The notes under the pieces are model-generated. The model had not been told where the DNA came from and searched no databases. It saw nothing but the letters and a program-made list of their open reading frames with translations. Made by a program: the position numbers and the translations under genes. Of a stretch of DNA of 64,000 nucleotides, positions 1 to 10,350 are shown in pieces (position 1 is the stretch's first letter; the number at the start of each line of letters is the position of its first letter). The stretch is from Deinococcales bacterium (GTDB lineage Bacteria; Deinococcota; Deinococci; Deinococcales; JAAFIG01). The stretch covers positions 1 through 64,000 of the forward strand of contig JAYWGM010000086.1 of the NCBI GenBank assembly GCA_043778225.1, read 5' to 3'.

Positions 1-53
1 GGTCAAACTGTCACTCAAGCGTTAATTCGGTCTTTTATCACTCCTTTTAGTCG

Positions 54-84
54 GTTAATCAGTCAAAATACACGACTGATTAAC
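54..84. promoter_or_regulatory. Perfect 11-bp inverted repeat (operator or terminator hairpin)
   Basis: GTTAATCAGTC-N9-GACTGATTAAC. A minus-strand AGGAG follows, possibly the RBS of a gene off the window edge. Confidence 0.45.
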
Positions 85-98
85 ATAACTTGGTATTA

Positions 99-830
99 CT
101 CGAGTTGGTGTCTGGTCTTTGGCTGGACGACCCGCTTTTGCAAAATGTTCGACTTTTTTGACTTCAACGTTCTGGATTTGTGTGTATTTCAAAGTTTTTT
201 GCAGTTTCTCGAGAGCAGATTTGGTATCACTTTGACAACCGAACTCGAGCCTCATTAAGCTATTTAGGCTGTCTTGTTCTGTTTGCGAGGCTTTGGATAA
301 ACGTTTTTTGGTACTGTCTTTTTCGCGTAAATAGGCAACTTGGCTATGAACCAATATCCAGCGTTGTTTAATACCGCCATAGTCATCGTCTCGAGTCTGG
401 TACCAATACCCCTCAAGTAAATGGCTTAAACTCTGCACGGTGATGCCAATCTGCTTCTTGCATCCATGTCTTGACGGCTTTTATTGTGTTTGGGACACGC
501 ATAATCCAGTTCTGGTTGGCTTTTTCTAGTTCGGTTAGGCTTTGAGCGGTGTAGCCCGCACTGTCTTTGATCACACACCGCACCCCCAAACTTTGAAGTT
601 GGGCGGCGTGCAGCGATACACTTTTCTCAAAAGCACTTTTGTCGTTCTCACAGCCACTTAACGCCCTCATGGCAATTGGAGCTTGGTGTTCGTAGATTAG
701 CTCTAGCGCCCAAGCCCGTCAGCGACCCAGCCCGTAAGGTGCATCTTTAGGGTCAAGACAGGTGCTGCTTTAAGGGCAAGAAAGGCGACTTGGTTTAAGG
801 CTGGTTTACTGTCTCTCGAGCATCCAGTCT
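99..830 (-). pseudogene. IS1634-family transposase fragment (truncated, frameshifted, interrupted)
   Basis: Family-like motifs GCSRDSKPALNQV (cf. GYSRDHRPDLNQV), ELIYEHQAPIAMRALSG..NDK, DSAGY, RVP and YGGIKQRW are spread over three frames. Frameshift near 418; insertion of about 77 nt at about 710-786. Confidence 0.8.
718..762. repeat. 45-bp dispersed repeat, copy 1 (inside the insertion in the IS1634 fragment)
   Basis: 43/45 identical to 27017-27061. Confidence 0.9.
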
Positions 831-890
831 GAGCAGTTAGACTTTGTAGAATTGTTTGTACACTGTCAAATACGGTTCGAGTGCATAAAC

Positions 891-954
891 TTGACGAATA
901 TCGAATAAGGTGATACACTTCTTTTTATCAGCAGCCAAGAGGGCTGCGTTTTTT
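891..954 (+). promoter_or_regulatory. Sigma70 promoter plus terminator-like hairpin in the 5' UTR of the RNHCP gene
   Basis: TTGACG-17-TACACT, then GCAGCC-AAGAG-GGCTGC-GTTTTTT before the ATG at 960. Confidence 0.5.
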
Positions 955-959
955 ATTGT

Positions 960-1298
960 ATGGCGCGTCGGTTTACAGTCCAAGGAACAAATACTGCCTT
1001 TATCTGCGCCCATTGCCAGTGCCTTGTGCAGCCGCTCGAGAATGGTAGTGTCCGTAATCACTGCCCTAATTGCCTGTACAGCCTTCATCTGGACGAATTC
1101 CCCGGCGACCGTGCCAGCCTTTGCATGGGTTTCCTCGAGCCTATTGGGGTTGAACAGCACAGCAAAAAAGGCTGGGTAATTGTGCATCGCTGCCAAAAAT
1201 GCGGTGCGGAACGGCGCAACAAAGCAGCCCTAGACGATCCAAATCAACCCGATGATTTTAATATTCTGATTGCGATTAGCCAAAAACTAACGCCGTAA
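960..1298 (+). CDS. RNHCP domain protein
   Basis: CAHC, RNHCPNCLYSLH, GDRASLC, HRCQKCG and DD motifs. Confidence 0.9.
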   Translation: MARRFTVQGTNTAFICAHCQCLVQPLENGSVRNHCPNCLYSLHLDEFPGDRASLCMGFLEPIGVEQHSKKGWVIVHRCQKCGAERRNKAALDDPNQPDDFNILIAISQKLTP

Positions 1299-2372
1299 AT
1301 CGTATTCACGTCCTTTCCAAGTCACTTTTCCAGCCCGAAAGCGGCGTAGACTCTCGAGTCCGATTAAAGCCCAGACTGCAATACTAAGTGGGTGCAGAAC
1401 TGTATAAAGTGGGTCGTACCGATTGCGAATGTCCGAAATCACTCGAGGTAACATCGAACAAATAATTACCAGCCAAGCCAAATCCCAGAACGGCAATAAT
1501 AACCACGGCAGTAAATACAACACCAAATTAAAAAGAGTCGCCGCAAAAAAAGCCACTCGAGACGCACCAAAGGCTGGATAAACATTTTTGGCATAGCCTT
1601 CAAATGCTTCCAAGCTCGAGGCGTACATCTTGGTAGAAATTGCTTTTGCACCATTGAAAAGTAAAAACTTGCCACGTTTGCGTTTGACGGCTCGAGCCAA
1701 TGCCATGTCTTCAATCACACTGCGTTTGACGGCTTGATGACCGCCAATTTGAGTGTACATTGCTCGAGTAAATGCCAAGCACTGCCCATTGGCAGCCACC
1801 GCCAGGCTAAATGCCCGCAGAGGCACAAAGAAAAGTGGTAAAAATGCCAGTAAACTCCATTGCTGCAACGGCTGAATCAGTCTCGAGATTGGATCAGTCA
1901 CTTCTTGGGCTGCCCACGCACACAAGGCATCGGCTTGTTGCGCCTCGAGACTGGCAGCAATGGCATTGGCTGTAAATGGTTGCCAAGTTGTGTCAGCATC
2001 GGTAAAAATCAGAATGTCGCCTGTGGCAGCTTTTGATAACTGATGACACGCCCAGTTTTTGCCAAGCCAATCTGCGGGTAAGGGTAGCCCCTCAAAAACC
2101 CGAACTTGTGGGAATCGCTCGAGAACTGCATTTGTATCATCCTCGGAGCGGTCATTCAAAACCAGAATCTCGAGGTTTGCTGCGTCCTGAAGCCTTAAAC
2201 TCGGCAGTAATTTCTCGAGATTCCGCGCTTCGTTGCGGGCAGGAATGAGGATGCTGATTTTTTTATTTGTACTGGGCTTGGCTTTTAACTCGAGCCAGAA
2301 CCGCGAATTGATAATGGAAAACAATGCCAATGTTCCTTGCAAAGCCAAGTAACTTACTTCAATAAAACTCAA
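1287..2372 (-). CDS. Family 2 glycosyltransferase, membrane-bound (carotenoid glycosyltransferase-like)
   Basis: IPARNE, DRSED, GKNWAC, DAD, NGQ, ED and WKGR motifs. Probable TTG start at 2372 after GGAGAGG. Confidence 0.85.
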   Translation of the reverse strand: MSFIEVSYLALQGTLALFSIINSRFWLELKAKPSTNKKISILIPARNEARNLEKLLPSLRLQDAANLEILVLNDRSEDDTNAVLERFPQVRVFEGLPLPADWLGKNWACHQLSKAATGDILIFTDADTTWQPFTANAIAASLEAQQADALCAWAAQEVTDPISRLIQPLQQWSLLAFLPLFFVPLRAFSLAVAANGQCLAFTRAMYTQIGGHQAVKRSVIEDMALARAVKRKRGKFLLFNGAKAISTKMYASSLEAFEGYAKNVYPAFGASRVAFFAATLFNLVLYLLPWLLLPFWDLAWLVIICSMLPRVISDIRNRYDPLYTVLHPLSIAVWALIGLESLRRFRAGKVTWKGREYDLRR

Positions 2373-2400
2373 GAAATATCCTCTCCAGCAAAGCCTTGGC

Positions 2401-2634
2401 TCATGCCAAAGTACCTTTTGAGGGTTTTGATATAATTTCATCCATTTGAATAATCTGCCCACCCAGCGAATTAACTTTGCTTAGGGCTACACGCAACTCT
2501 TTGTCCAAACGCACTTTGTCTGTTTCTCGGCTTGCATTTTGCCTTTCTTCATAAAGCTGTTTGATTTTTTCAAATCCGTTAAAAAGATCATTCCAAATAA
2601 TGTATGCCGCACTGAGAATTTCTGTGTCTTTCAT
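2401..2634 (-). CDS. Hypothetical 77-aa protein
   Basis: AT-rich ORF starting 1 nt after the acyl-CoA dehydrogenase stop, with an AAGGA RBS. Confidence 0.55.
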   Translation of the reverse strand: MKDTEILSAAYIIWNDLFNGFEKIKQLYEERQNASRETDKVRLDKELRVALSKVNSLGGQIIQMDEIISKPSKGTLA

Positions 2635-2635
2635 C

Positions 2636-3781
2636 TTAATCCTTTAATAAGCCCCGAGCCATAATCACACGCTGGATTTCATTTGTGCCCTCGTAAATCT
2701 GATTGAGTTTGACATCACGCAGTAATTTCTCGACAGGGTACTCACCAACATAACCAAAGCCACCATGAACCTGAATCGCTTCGTTGGCGGCATCAAAAGC
2801 AATGTCCGAGGCATAGGCTTTGGCAAGCGCCGCTTCCATGCTGTGCGGCTGACCATTGTCCACCAACCAAGCCGCTTTTTGGGTAATTAATCGCGCTGTC
2901 TCGAGTCCGATGTACATATTGGCAAGTTTGGCTTGAATCATCTGAAAATCGCCAATCGGTTTACCAAAGGCTTCTCGAGTTTTGGCGTACTTAACACTCT
3001 CCTCGAGCGCCCGCCGTGCAATGCCAACACTGCCAGCCGCCACGGGAATTCGGGTTTTATCAAGGGTTTTCATGGCTATCTTAAAGCCGTCACCAATCCC
3101 GCCAAGCATATTGTCTTTTGGTACACGCACATTGTCCAGCACAAGCTCGGCGGTGTAGGTAGCGCGTTGACCCATTTTATGGTGGATTTTATTGTGGCTA
3201 AACCCAGCCGCGCCTTTTGGCACAACAATCGCCACTGTTCCTTTGGCTTTGAGCGCATAGTCCACCGATGCAAAGACCACGGCAAATTCGGCAATCCCAC
3301 CGTTGCTAATCCACATTTTAGTGCCGTTTAGCACCCATTCATCGCCGTCCAGAACCGCTTTGGTTCGCATTGCCCCAGCATCCGAACCGTTGTTGGCTTC
3401 GGACAGCGCAAAACTTGCCAAGCCTGCTTTTTTGGTCAGAGGCTCGAGAAAGCGTTTTTGTTGGTCTGGCGTGCCACCAATTAAAATCGGGGTTATACCC
3501 AATTCAGATGCCATTAAAATTGTATAAATGCCCATGCAGCCAAATCCCATTTCCTCGCCAATAATAACTTCCTCGAGCATCCCTAAGCCCAGTCCACCAG
3601 CTTGTTCGGGAATAATAATGTTACTAAGCCCGACTTCAAAGGCTTTCTCGAGAATCTGGGCTGGGTAGCTTTCCGAGCGGTCATACTCGGCAGCAATCGG
3701 AATGATTTCCTTAGCCGTAAATTCCTTGGCGAGGGCTTGGAGTTGCAGCTGTTCAGAAGACAAAGAAAAATTGAGCGACAT
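2636..3781 (-). CDS. Acyl-CoA dehydrogenase
   Basis: [34 protein letters not shown] and IYEGTNEIQ motifs. Confidence 0.95.
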   Translation of the reverse strand: MSLNFSLSSEQLQLQALAKEFTAKEIIPIAAEYDRSESYPAQILEKAFEVGLSNIIIPEQAGGLGLGMLEEVIIGEEMGFGCMGIYTILMASELGITPILIGGTPDQQKRFLEPLTKKAGLASFALSEANNGSDAGAMRTKAVLDGDEWVLNGTKMWISNGGIAEFAVVFASVDYALKAKGTVAIVVPKGAAGFSHNKIHHKMGQRATYTAELVLDNVRVPKDNMLGGIGDGFKIAMKTLDKTRIPVAAGSVGIARRALEESVKYAKTREAFGKPIGDFQMIQAKLANMYIGLETARLITQKAAWLVDNGQPHSMEAALAKAYASDIAFDAANEAIQVHGGFGYVGEYPVEKLLRDVKLNQIYEGTNEIQRVIMARGLLKD

Positions 3782-3822
3782 ACCAAAGATTGTACCGCTT
3801 TTTGTACGGTAGACTCTGGGTT

Positions 3823-5793
3823 ATGAGTCGTTTAGTTGCCCCCAATTTTATTACCGAAACGATAGATGCCGACCTCGAGTCTGGGCGTGTGGCAAAAGTC
3901 GTGACCCGCTTTCCGCCCGAACCCAATGGTTACGCCCACCTTGGACATACTTTTGCTTGTAACCTCAATTACAGTCTGGCAGCCGATTATAACGGGCTTT
4001 GGGTGCTGCGAATGGACGACACTAACCCAGAAACCGAGAAGCTCGAGTATGTAAATGCCATTACCCATGACCTCGAGTGGATGGGTTGGAAAACCCAAGT
4101 TCAATTTGCCTCGGACGATTTTGAAACCATGTACCAATGCGCGGTGCAACTGATCGAAAAAGGTTTGGCTTACGTCGAAAGTGTTTCGGCGGATGAAATG
4201 GCAAAACTGCGAGGCACAGTGGATAAAGCAGGTACACCCAGCCCATTTCGTAACCGCAGCGTAGCCGAAAATCTGGATTTGTTCAAACGAATGCGCCGTG
4301 GCGAATTCCTCAGTGGCAAGCATCTCTTACGCGCCAAAATAGATTTAAGTAACCCCAATATGAAACTGCGCGACCCCGCCCTGTACCGAATTATGCACGC
4401 CGAGCATTACCGCCAAGGCAAGAATTGGTGCATTTATCCGCTTTACGATTACGCCCAAGCCCTAAACGATGCGATTAACGGCGTGACTCATAGCCTGTGC
4501 AGCCTCGAGTTTATAGACAACAAAGCCATTTACGACTGGGTTCTGGAAAATGTGCAGCATCCAGCCTTAAAATCCCGTCCGTACCAATACGAATTTGGAC
4601 GGCGTTCGCTCGAGTACACGATTGTTTCTAAACGCAAATTGCGAAAACTAATCGAAACCAAGAGTGTGGCTGGCTGGGACGACCCAAGAATGCCGACCAT
4701 TGCCGCCCAACGTCGGCGCGGCATCACCCCAGATGCGATTCGTGCCTTTGCCCGTGGCATTGGCGTTTCGCGCACCAATCGCACCGTAGATATTGGCGCA
4801 CTCGAGTATGCAGTGCGCGATGACCTGAATACCCGCAGCCCTCGAGTCATGGCGGTCTTGCGCCCCCTAAAAGTGATTCTCGAGAACCTAGAAGCCTCGC
4901 AAATCCTCGAGTTACCGTATTACCCGCCTGATGTCATCAATGCCAGCCCTGATGGTCTGGTGGTGCTTCCAGACGGTCAGCGCGTACCGCCCGAAGCTGC
5001 GACTCGAGCCGTTACCCTGACCCGCGAGATTTTTATTGAAACCGACGACTTTCTCGAGACTCCGACGGCTGGTTTTAAGCGCCTAAGTCTTGGTAGCACA
5101 GTCCGATTGCGCGGCGCTGGAATTATCCAATGCACCAATGTACTCAAATCCCCAAATGGCGAAATTCTCGAGCTACACTGCACGGTTCTACCCGAAGGCA
5201 AAGCGGCAGGTGTGATTCACTGGGTCAGCGCCGAAACTGCCATTCCATTTGAGGCACGGCTATACGATAGGCTTTTTACCGTTCCCAACCCTGAACAGGA
5301 AGCTAAACAAGAAGAGGACGATGTGGACTTTCTAGCCTACCTCAATCCGCACAGCCTCGAGATTCTACACGGCATGATTGAAGCTATTGTTCTCGAGCAA
5401 CCCGCCAATGCCCGTTATCAATTTGAGCGCAACGGGTATTTTTGGCAAGACCCCATAGACTCGAGACCCGAAGCACTGGTCTTTAATCGCATTATTGGGC
5501 TAAAAGATAATTGGACAGCACCAAGCAAGAACGAAATTCTTAAAACTAAAGAAGCCAAAAAGATTAAAGAACCCGAACCTACTGCACCTGAACTCGAGGT
5601 TAGCCCTGAACTACGTGCCTCGCTCGAGCCGATGCTCCAAGCCATGCTCGAAGCAAACCAAGATAAGGTCGCTGCCTATAAAAATGGACGGTTAGGTCTG
5701 ATTGGGTTCTTTGTGGGCGAAGCCATGAAAACAGCCCATGGCACACAACCGCAGGTCGTACAAACAATTTTACGCGCTTTACTCGAGAATTAG
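3823..5793 (+). CDS. glnS: Glutamine--tRNA ligase with short C-terminal Yqey-like domain
   Basis: [53 protein letters not shown]-terminal GFFVGEAMK. Start at ATG 3823, 7 nt after TAGACT. Confidence 0.95.
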   Translation: MSRLVAPNFITETIDADLESGRVAKVVTRFPPEPNGYAHLGHTFACNLNYSLAADYNGLWVLRMDDTNPETEKLEYVNAITHDLEWMGWKTQVQFASDDFETMYQCAVQLIEKGLAYVESVSADEMAKLRGTVDKAGTPSPFRNRSVAENLDLFKRMRRGEFLSGKHLLRAKIDLSNPNMKLRDPALYRIMHAEHYRQGKNWCIYPLYDYAQALNDAINGVTHSLCSLEFIDNKAIYDWVLENVQHPALKSRPYQYEFGRRSLEYTIVSKRKLRKLIETKSVAGWDDPRMPTIAAQRRRGITPDAIRAFARGIGVSRTNRTVDIGALEYAVRDDLNTRSPRVMAVLRPLKVILENLEASQILELPYYPPDVINASPDGLVVLPDGQRVPPEAATRAVTLTREIFIETDDFLETPTAGFKRLSLGSTVRLRGAGIIQCTNVLKSPNGEILELHCTVLPEGKAAGVIHWVSAETAIPFEARLYDRLFTVPNPEQEAKQEEDDVDFLAYLNPHSLEILHGMIEAIVLEQPANARYQFERNGYFWQDPIDSRPEALVFNRIIGLKDNWTAPSKNEILKTKEAKKIKEPEPTAPELEVSPELRASLEPMLQAMLEANQDKVAAYKNGRLGLIGFFVGEAMKTAHGTQPQVVQTILRALLEN

Positions 5794-6047
5794 CGTTTTT
5801 TGCGCCCGTTAATCAGTTCCCGCATTCGTTGCGGCGTGACATTCAAAAACAGCAGACCATCAATTCGCACATAGGGCGCGTTGGCGGGGTCTGCTGTTTC
5901 GGGGTCGTGGTTGGTCAGGTCAAGCTCGAAGTTTCCATCGGCAGTAATCTCACCAGGGCTGATACGGAGTTCTTCGTACATAATCTCGAGCAGGGTTTCT
6001 CGAGTGTCAGGGCTAATGTGGTCTAGGCAGAGTTCGATTCGGGTCAT
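5790..6047 (-). CDS. NuoE/thioredoxin-like [2Fe-2S] ferredoxin-fold small protein, mostly lacking Cys ligands
   Basis: [14 protein letters not shown]...[12 protein letters not shown] pattern; only one Cys. Confidence 0.6.
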   Translation of the reverse strand: MTRIELCLDHISPDTRETLLEIMYEELRISPGEITADGNFELDLTNHDPETADPANAPYVRIDGLLFLNVTPQRMRELINGRKKR

Positions 6048-6150
6048 GGGCTATTTTAACCACTTCCCCTAGCTTGGGGTTGCAGGACAGCGGTTTTCTC
6101 GAGATACTGGCTGCCATGTATAATTATTTTTACGTTTCTCGAGGTGAGGT

Positions 6151-9100
6151 ATGAAAAAGACTCAAGGTATTGCGCTTGTTACGGTTCTTATTTTACTAGC
6201 AGTCGTTGCTTCGCTGGTAGCTGTATCAAGTTTGCTCGCACTTACAAATCGTACAGCAAGTTCGAATTCTATTCTCTCGATCCAAGCAACCTATGCGGCA
6301 GAAGCTGGTATTGAAATGGCACTAAATCGCGCTTTTTATAATTCTTTGACTTCATGGCAAGCATCCACGGATAGACTTATTGTTAATAGTCAGGGTCAAA
6401 CAGTTTCTTTTGATAACTGTGCATTCAAAAAGTGGCTGACTGGTATTTATACAGACCCCGCCGAAATTATGGCTAATAATGCAAAAGAATGTAATTATGT
6501 CAACTTCCTTGCGACTGTACCTACACCTCCATTCGCAACATTGGTCAATAACGCCACAGTCACCATGAATAGCCCAACGACTGGCGCGTTTGTTCTTGGT
6601 ACTGGGGATTATAGTGTCTCCATTACTAGGCGCGATGATAGCGTCGGCGACATTACACTCATTATGTCATCCTTAGGTACGGCTAAATCAAGCAATGGGT
6701 CTTTGCTCGCTCAACGCCGTATTAGTCGTACTGTCAAAATTGCCAGTGATGCTTTTGAAGGTGATAAGTATGCGATGCTAACTACAGCTGCCAACTGCTC
6801 TTTTTGCCATTTGCAAATAGATACCATGCGGCGGGCTTATGCAACCAGTGGTTCATATGATCAGGCTCGAGTTGGTTTTATCACCAGAAATAATACGCTC
6901 GATTTGGGTCCAAACCACGGCGATCCAGATGTGATTATTTATGGTTCAATTTATTCTCGACTAAGCAGTGCCAGCAGCCTTCGTTTTGCTGATAATACCG
7001 ATAAAAGTAATGGCACTGGTGCAGCAAAAGGCGCACGTTGGGCGACAACCACAGATGGTAAAGTATCGGCTGGTTCAAATGCGACTAACGTTGGTGGGGT
7101 ATTTCTTGATCCTGCCAATAATACGGCTTTAGGTACTGCTAGGGATGCGGCAACCAGCCCATGGTTCAAGACCCCTGGCGAAAAACTCTATTATAATTAT
7201 CCTACCCAAGCCCAAGTAGACGACCCTAATGGTATTTATAAGGGTAAATGGCCCGATGGTCCGCTGCCTGATGGTTTTCCTGCGGCTATTCCTGATGGTG
7301 GCAATTCCCATATTTCCGATTTAGAATGGTCTTCTTATGTAGGGACTGCCCCTCAGGGTCGAATTAAAACTGTTAATTCTGCTGTTGTTTATGGAGTACG
7401 TCGTCCAACTTCGGGTACAGCCGCCGCTTTGGTCGGTACAGATATTCCATGGGTATACGACCCTATTTCTGCCAATGGTTTAGCCGACTCAGCCGCAGTT
7501 ATTCCTGCAAATGCAGCGACTGTTACAAGCGCCCCTGGAAGTTATGCAGCATGGTTGATGATGCAGGCTTTGGTTTCACCAAATAACCGAGACTACTTAC
7601 CGACAAATCCAGCGGCAACATCAGCGGCAACCGCTTTTAGCACAACCCCAATCAATGGCTCTTTCCTTAATAATTTTTTTGTTAATTACAACCCAACTTC
7701 AAGTAGGCTAGACCTTTCTTATTGCGGTTTTGTGGGTACAGCAAATTGGAGCAATTGCGCTCGAGGGGGCGATACAAGTGCAAATCCTAGTGCCAACAAC
7801 CTATCTACCCTTTCGATAGGTTCAGTTACTGATAGGGCTTTTTTTCCACAAACCAGTAACTCTGCCTTGACCGATTTACAAACAAGAACCAATTCTGCTC
7901 GAGCGGGTCTGTTTAATGGCAATGTCATTATGGATGCAGGAACATTGGGCGATACCACCAGAAGATCCTTAGAGCTAGAAGGCACAATCTTGATTAATGG
8001 CGACTTGGTAATTCGTGGGAAAATCTATGGTTCTGGACGTATTGTTGTGCGTGGCAATATCTATGTGGTTGGGGATACTGTTTATGCTTGTCCGACTGTA
8101 TCTGGAACCGTTGTTACTCAAGGCGCTCGAGCTTGTGGTGTATCTGATTATGCGACTCCAGACAATTTGCCTAGATTGGCGCTTTTAGCGGGTGGACATA
8201 TCATTGCTGGCGATTATGATGCTCCTGATAGTCGTATGGGACCAAGTGGTAGAAATAATAGGGCTTTTGACTTAACCAATGACCAAGGGGGACAAAATAG
8301 AAGACCCTCTGCCAATGTGCCGTGGTCGTTTTGGAGTGTTCCTGGCTCGACTGGACGTGCGCCACGCGATACCAACGATACCAATTCGATTATAAGCCCA
8401 CCAAACTATGGAGATAGTAATTGGGAAGGTCGAGCTGGTTTCTTGACACGCACCCTACAAAATCCAAATCAACGTACAGGTATCCAGCGTGTTTATCGAA
8501 TGAATCCACATGGTTTTATGTTGTCGTCTAGTGATGGGTCTCCAGGTGAAGGTTATGAAGATAGTGGTCAGTTCATTACTACCACCGCAGCTACTGTTTC
8601 CTTGTCGCCACTTTATCCAAGCAATGGTCCTGTAATTATTGGCAATGCATCTGGTAGTGGTGTTGTGGCTGGAACGCTGGGTGCAGATATTGGCTGTAGT
8701 CGCCAAAATACAGCTAATCCAACCCAAGATATTAATGCTGGAACAATTGTAACTAATATGCCCGTCAGGCGTTTTGTCAACCAGAATGTCACAACTACGG
8801 CTGGTACACCTCGAGCGCCACTCAATTTTGCTTTTTGGTGTCCCCCAAATGCTGGCGCGTTTGTACGTAACAGCACAGCAGTTACCACTGCTAATGCCAA
8901 CCCAAGTAACACAGCAGGCGCATGGATGGCTCAAAATACCAGCGATATAGCCTTGGATGGTGGTATTGGTTCAACCACGGGTTGGCTGGGTGGAGCGGTT
9001 CAGTACCGTGGAACTTGGTATCGTGGCGATGTCAGCCAAACCAGATTGCTTAAACTGATGTGGTTGTCCACCATGGAAGGGACTCGAGCCAGTGGACCAT

Positions 9101-9474
9101 TTCGTACCGATGGCTTGTATTACACCGCCAACATGATTGCTTCGATGATTCGTCGTACTAAGGACGATCGCAATACTCCACAAACTTCAACTCAAGCCCG
9201 TTGGATTCACAATGGTTCTGTCATTGCTGCCGAATTAGGCTTTTTGATTACGGGCAATGCCCCCGGAGACGGAACAGCCCGAGCCACCTCCTTTAGACCG
9301 ACCAACATTAATTTTAATCCAGGCGCAGGGACCACCTACAGTACAGCCGACAGTTGGGGCCCGGGTATTGGTGTTTTCTACGATGACCGACTGAGCGGGT
9401 TTTTACAGGTTCTGAATGCCAAACCTGTCCAGATTAAACGAACTGGTGTATTCGCTCAAGTGGTGACAAAATGA
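6151..9474 (+). CDS. Giant PilX/ComZ-like type IV pilus minor pilin (1107 aa)
   Basis: Prepilin G|IALVTVL with no Glu+5; QATYAAEAGIE PilX N-terminal motif; repeated GxxxVxGN strands; first gene of a minor-pilin operon. Confidence 0.8.
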   Translation: MKKTQGIALVTVLILLAVVASLVAVSSLLALTNRTASSNSILSIQATYAAEAGIEMALNRAFYNSLTSWQASTDRLIVNSQGQTVSFDNCAFKKWLTGIYTDPAEIMANNAKECNYVNFLATVPTPPFATLVNNATVTMNSPTTGAFVLGTGDYSVSITRRDDSVGDITLIMSSLGTAKSSNGSLLAQRRISRTVKIASDAFEGDKYAMLTTAANCSFCHLQIDTMRRAYATSGSYDQARVGFITRNNTLDLGPNHGDPDVIIYGSIYSRLSSASSLRFADNTDKSNGTGAAKGARWATTTDGKVSAGSNATNVGGVFLDPANNTALGTARDAATSPWFKTPGEKLYYNYPTQAQVDDPNGIYKGKWPDGPLPDGFPAAIPDGGNSHISDLEWSSYVGTAPQGRIKTVNSAVVYGVRRPTSGTAAALVGTDIPWVYDPISANGLADSAAVIPANAATVTSAPGSYAAWLMMQALVSPNNRDYLPTNPAATSAATAFSTTPINGSFLNNFFVNYNPTSSRLDLSYCGFVGTANWSNCARGGDTSANPSANNLSTLSIGSVTDRAFFPQTSNSALTDLQTRTNSARAGLFNGNVIMDAGTLGDTTRRSLELEGTILINGDLVIRGKIYGSGRIVVRGNIYVVGDTVYACPTVSGTVVTQGARACGVSDYATPDNLPRLALLAGGHIIAGDYDAPDSRMGPSGRNNRAFDLTNDQGGQNRRPSANVPWSFWSVPGSTGRAPRDTNDTNSIISPPNYGDSNWEGRAGFLTRTLQNPNQRTGIQRVYRMNPHGFMLSSSDGSPGEGYEDSGQFITTTAATVSLSPLYPSNGPVIIGNASGSGVVAGTLGADIGCSRQNTANPTQDINAGTIVTNMPVRRFVNQNVTTTAGTPRAPLNFAFWCPPNAGAFVRNSTAVTTANANPSNTAGAWMAQNTSDIALDGGIGSTTGWLGGAVQYRGTWYRGDVSQTRLLKLMWLSTMEGTRASGPFRTDGLYYTANMIASMIRRTKDDRNTPQTSTQARWIHNGSVIAAELGFLITGNAPGDGTARATSFRPTNINFNPGAGTTYSTADSWGPGIGVFYDDRLSGFLQVLNAKPVQIKRTGVFAQVVTK

Positions 9475-9971
9475 GACCTCACCGCAATGGATTTACGTTA
9501 ATCGAGTTACTTGTGGTTATAGGAATCAGTGGAGTCTTAATCACCATGGGTGGCATACTTTTGATAGATTTGCGCGACACCAGTCGAGCGCGTGAATTGC
9601 AGGGGCAGGTATCTGGAGACCTAGAACGGGCAAGACAACTGGCTCGGCGCTATGGCGTAACCTACCGCATTAGTATTGACCGAACAACAGGTGCCTACAC
9701 GATTGTAGGTATTGATGCCAGTAATGCAGTCATTACGACCAACCCACCACCAAGTATTGGAGGCTCAATTAATTCAACGGGGACATTCTTAACCGATTCT
9801 GCAACGGTGATTGAACTGACAGGACCGTTTGGTAAGCTCAGTGCCGCTCCTAATTGTATTCTTATGCAGTTAAAAAATACCAACCGAATTGCACAAATTA
9901 ACTTGGTTGGTGTGACTGGCAATGTGGTGACTCGAGAAATACGCAAAGGAGGTGTAACAACTTGTGCGTAA
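9471..9971 (+). CDS. Prepilin-type minor pilin (FimT/GspH-like)
   Basis: GFTLIELLVV, LERARQLA; ATGA overlap with the upstream gene. Confidence 0.85.
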   Translation: MRPHRNGFTLIELLVVIGISGVLITMGGILLIDLRDTSRARELQGQVSGDLERARQLARRYGVTYRISIDRTTGAYTIVGIDASNAVITTNPPPSIGGSINSTGTFLTDSATVIELTGPFGKLSAAPNCILMQLKNTNRIAQINLVGVTGNVVTREIRKGGVTTCA

Positions 9972-10350
9972 GGGTTTTACTTTAGTTGAAGTTTTGGTGG
10001 CACTAATGCTGGTCGGTGTGCTGGGAATGGTTGCCTTGGGAATGGTTTTACCACTCAGGCTTAATCGGGACACCAATCTTGAAACCCGAGCTACTGCTTA
10101 TGCACGTTCATACTTAGAACTGGTCAAGGGAAGATGGTTGACAAGTAGTGCCTATGCATTAAGAACTCTACCAACCACTTGTACAACTGGTTCTTGTGAC
10201 TTACTGCTCGAAGCAAGATGGACTGTGACCGTTCCACCTACATTGGTTAGCACATGGGCAGCCACAGACCCTATTCGCAAAATAGATGTGATTGTAATCG
10301 ACTCAAATAACAAATCGGCAACTTTTTCCACACTGGTGACTCAACCATGA
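9964..10350 (+). CDS. Prepilin-type minor pilin (PilV/GspI-like)
   Basis: GFTLVEVLVAL; A..YLE motif. Confidence 0.85.
   Translation: MRKGFTLVEVLVALMLVGVLGMVALGMVLPLRLNRDTNLETRATAYARSYLELVKGRWLTSSAYALRTLPTTCTTGSCDLLLEARWTVTVPPTLVSTWAATDPIRKIDVIVIDSNNKSATFSTLVTQP

Noticed and set aside
413..438. Programmed frameshift in the IS transposase
   Set aside because: No slippery heptamer. A single extra T explains it, and the element is also truncated and interrupted.
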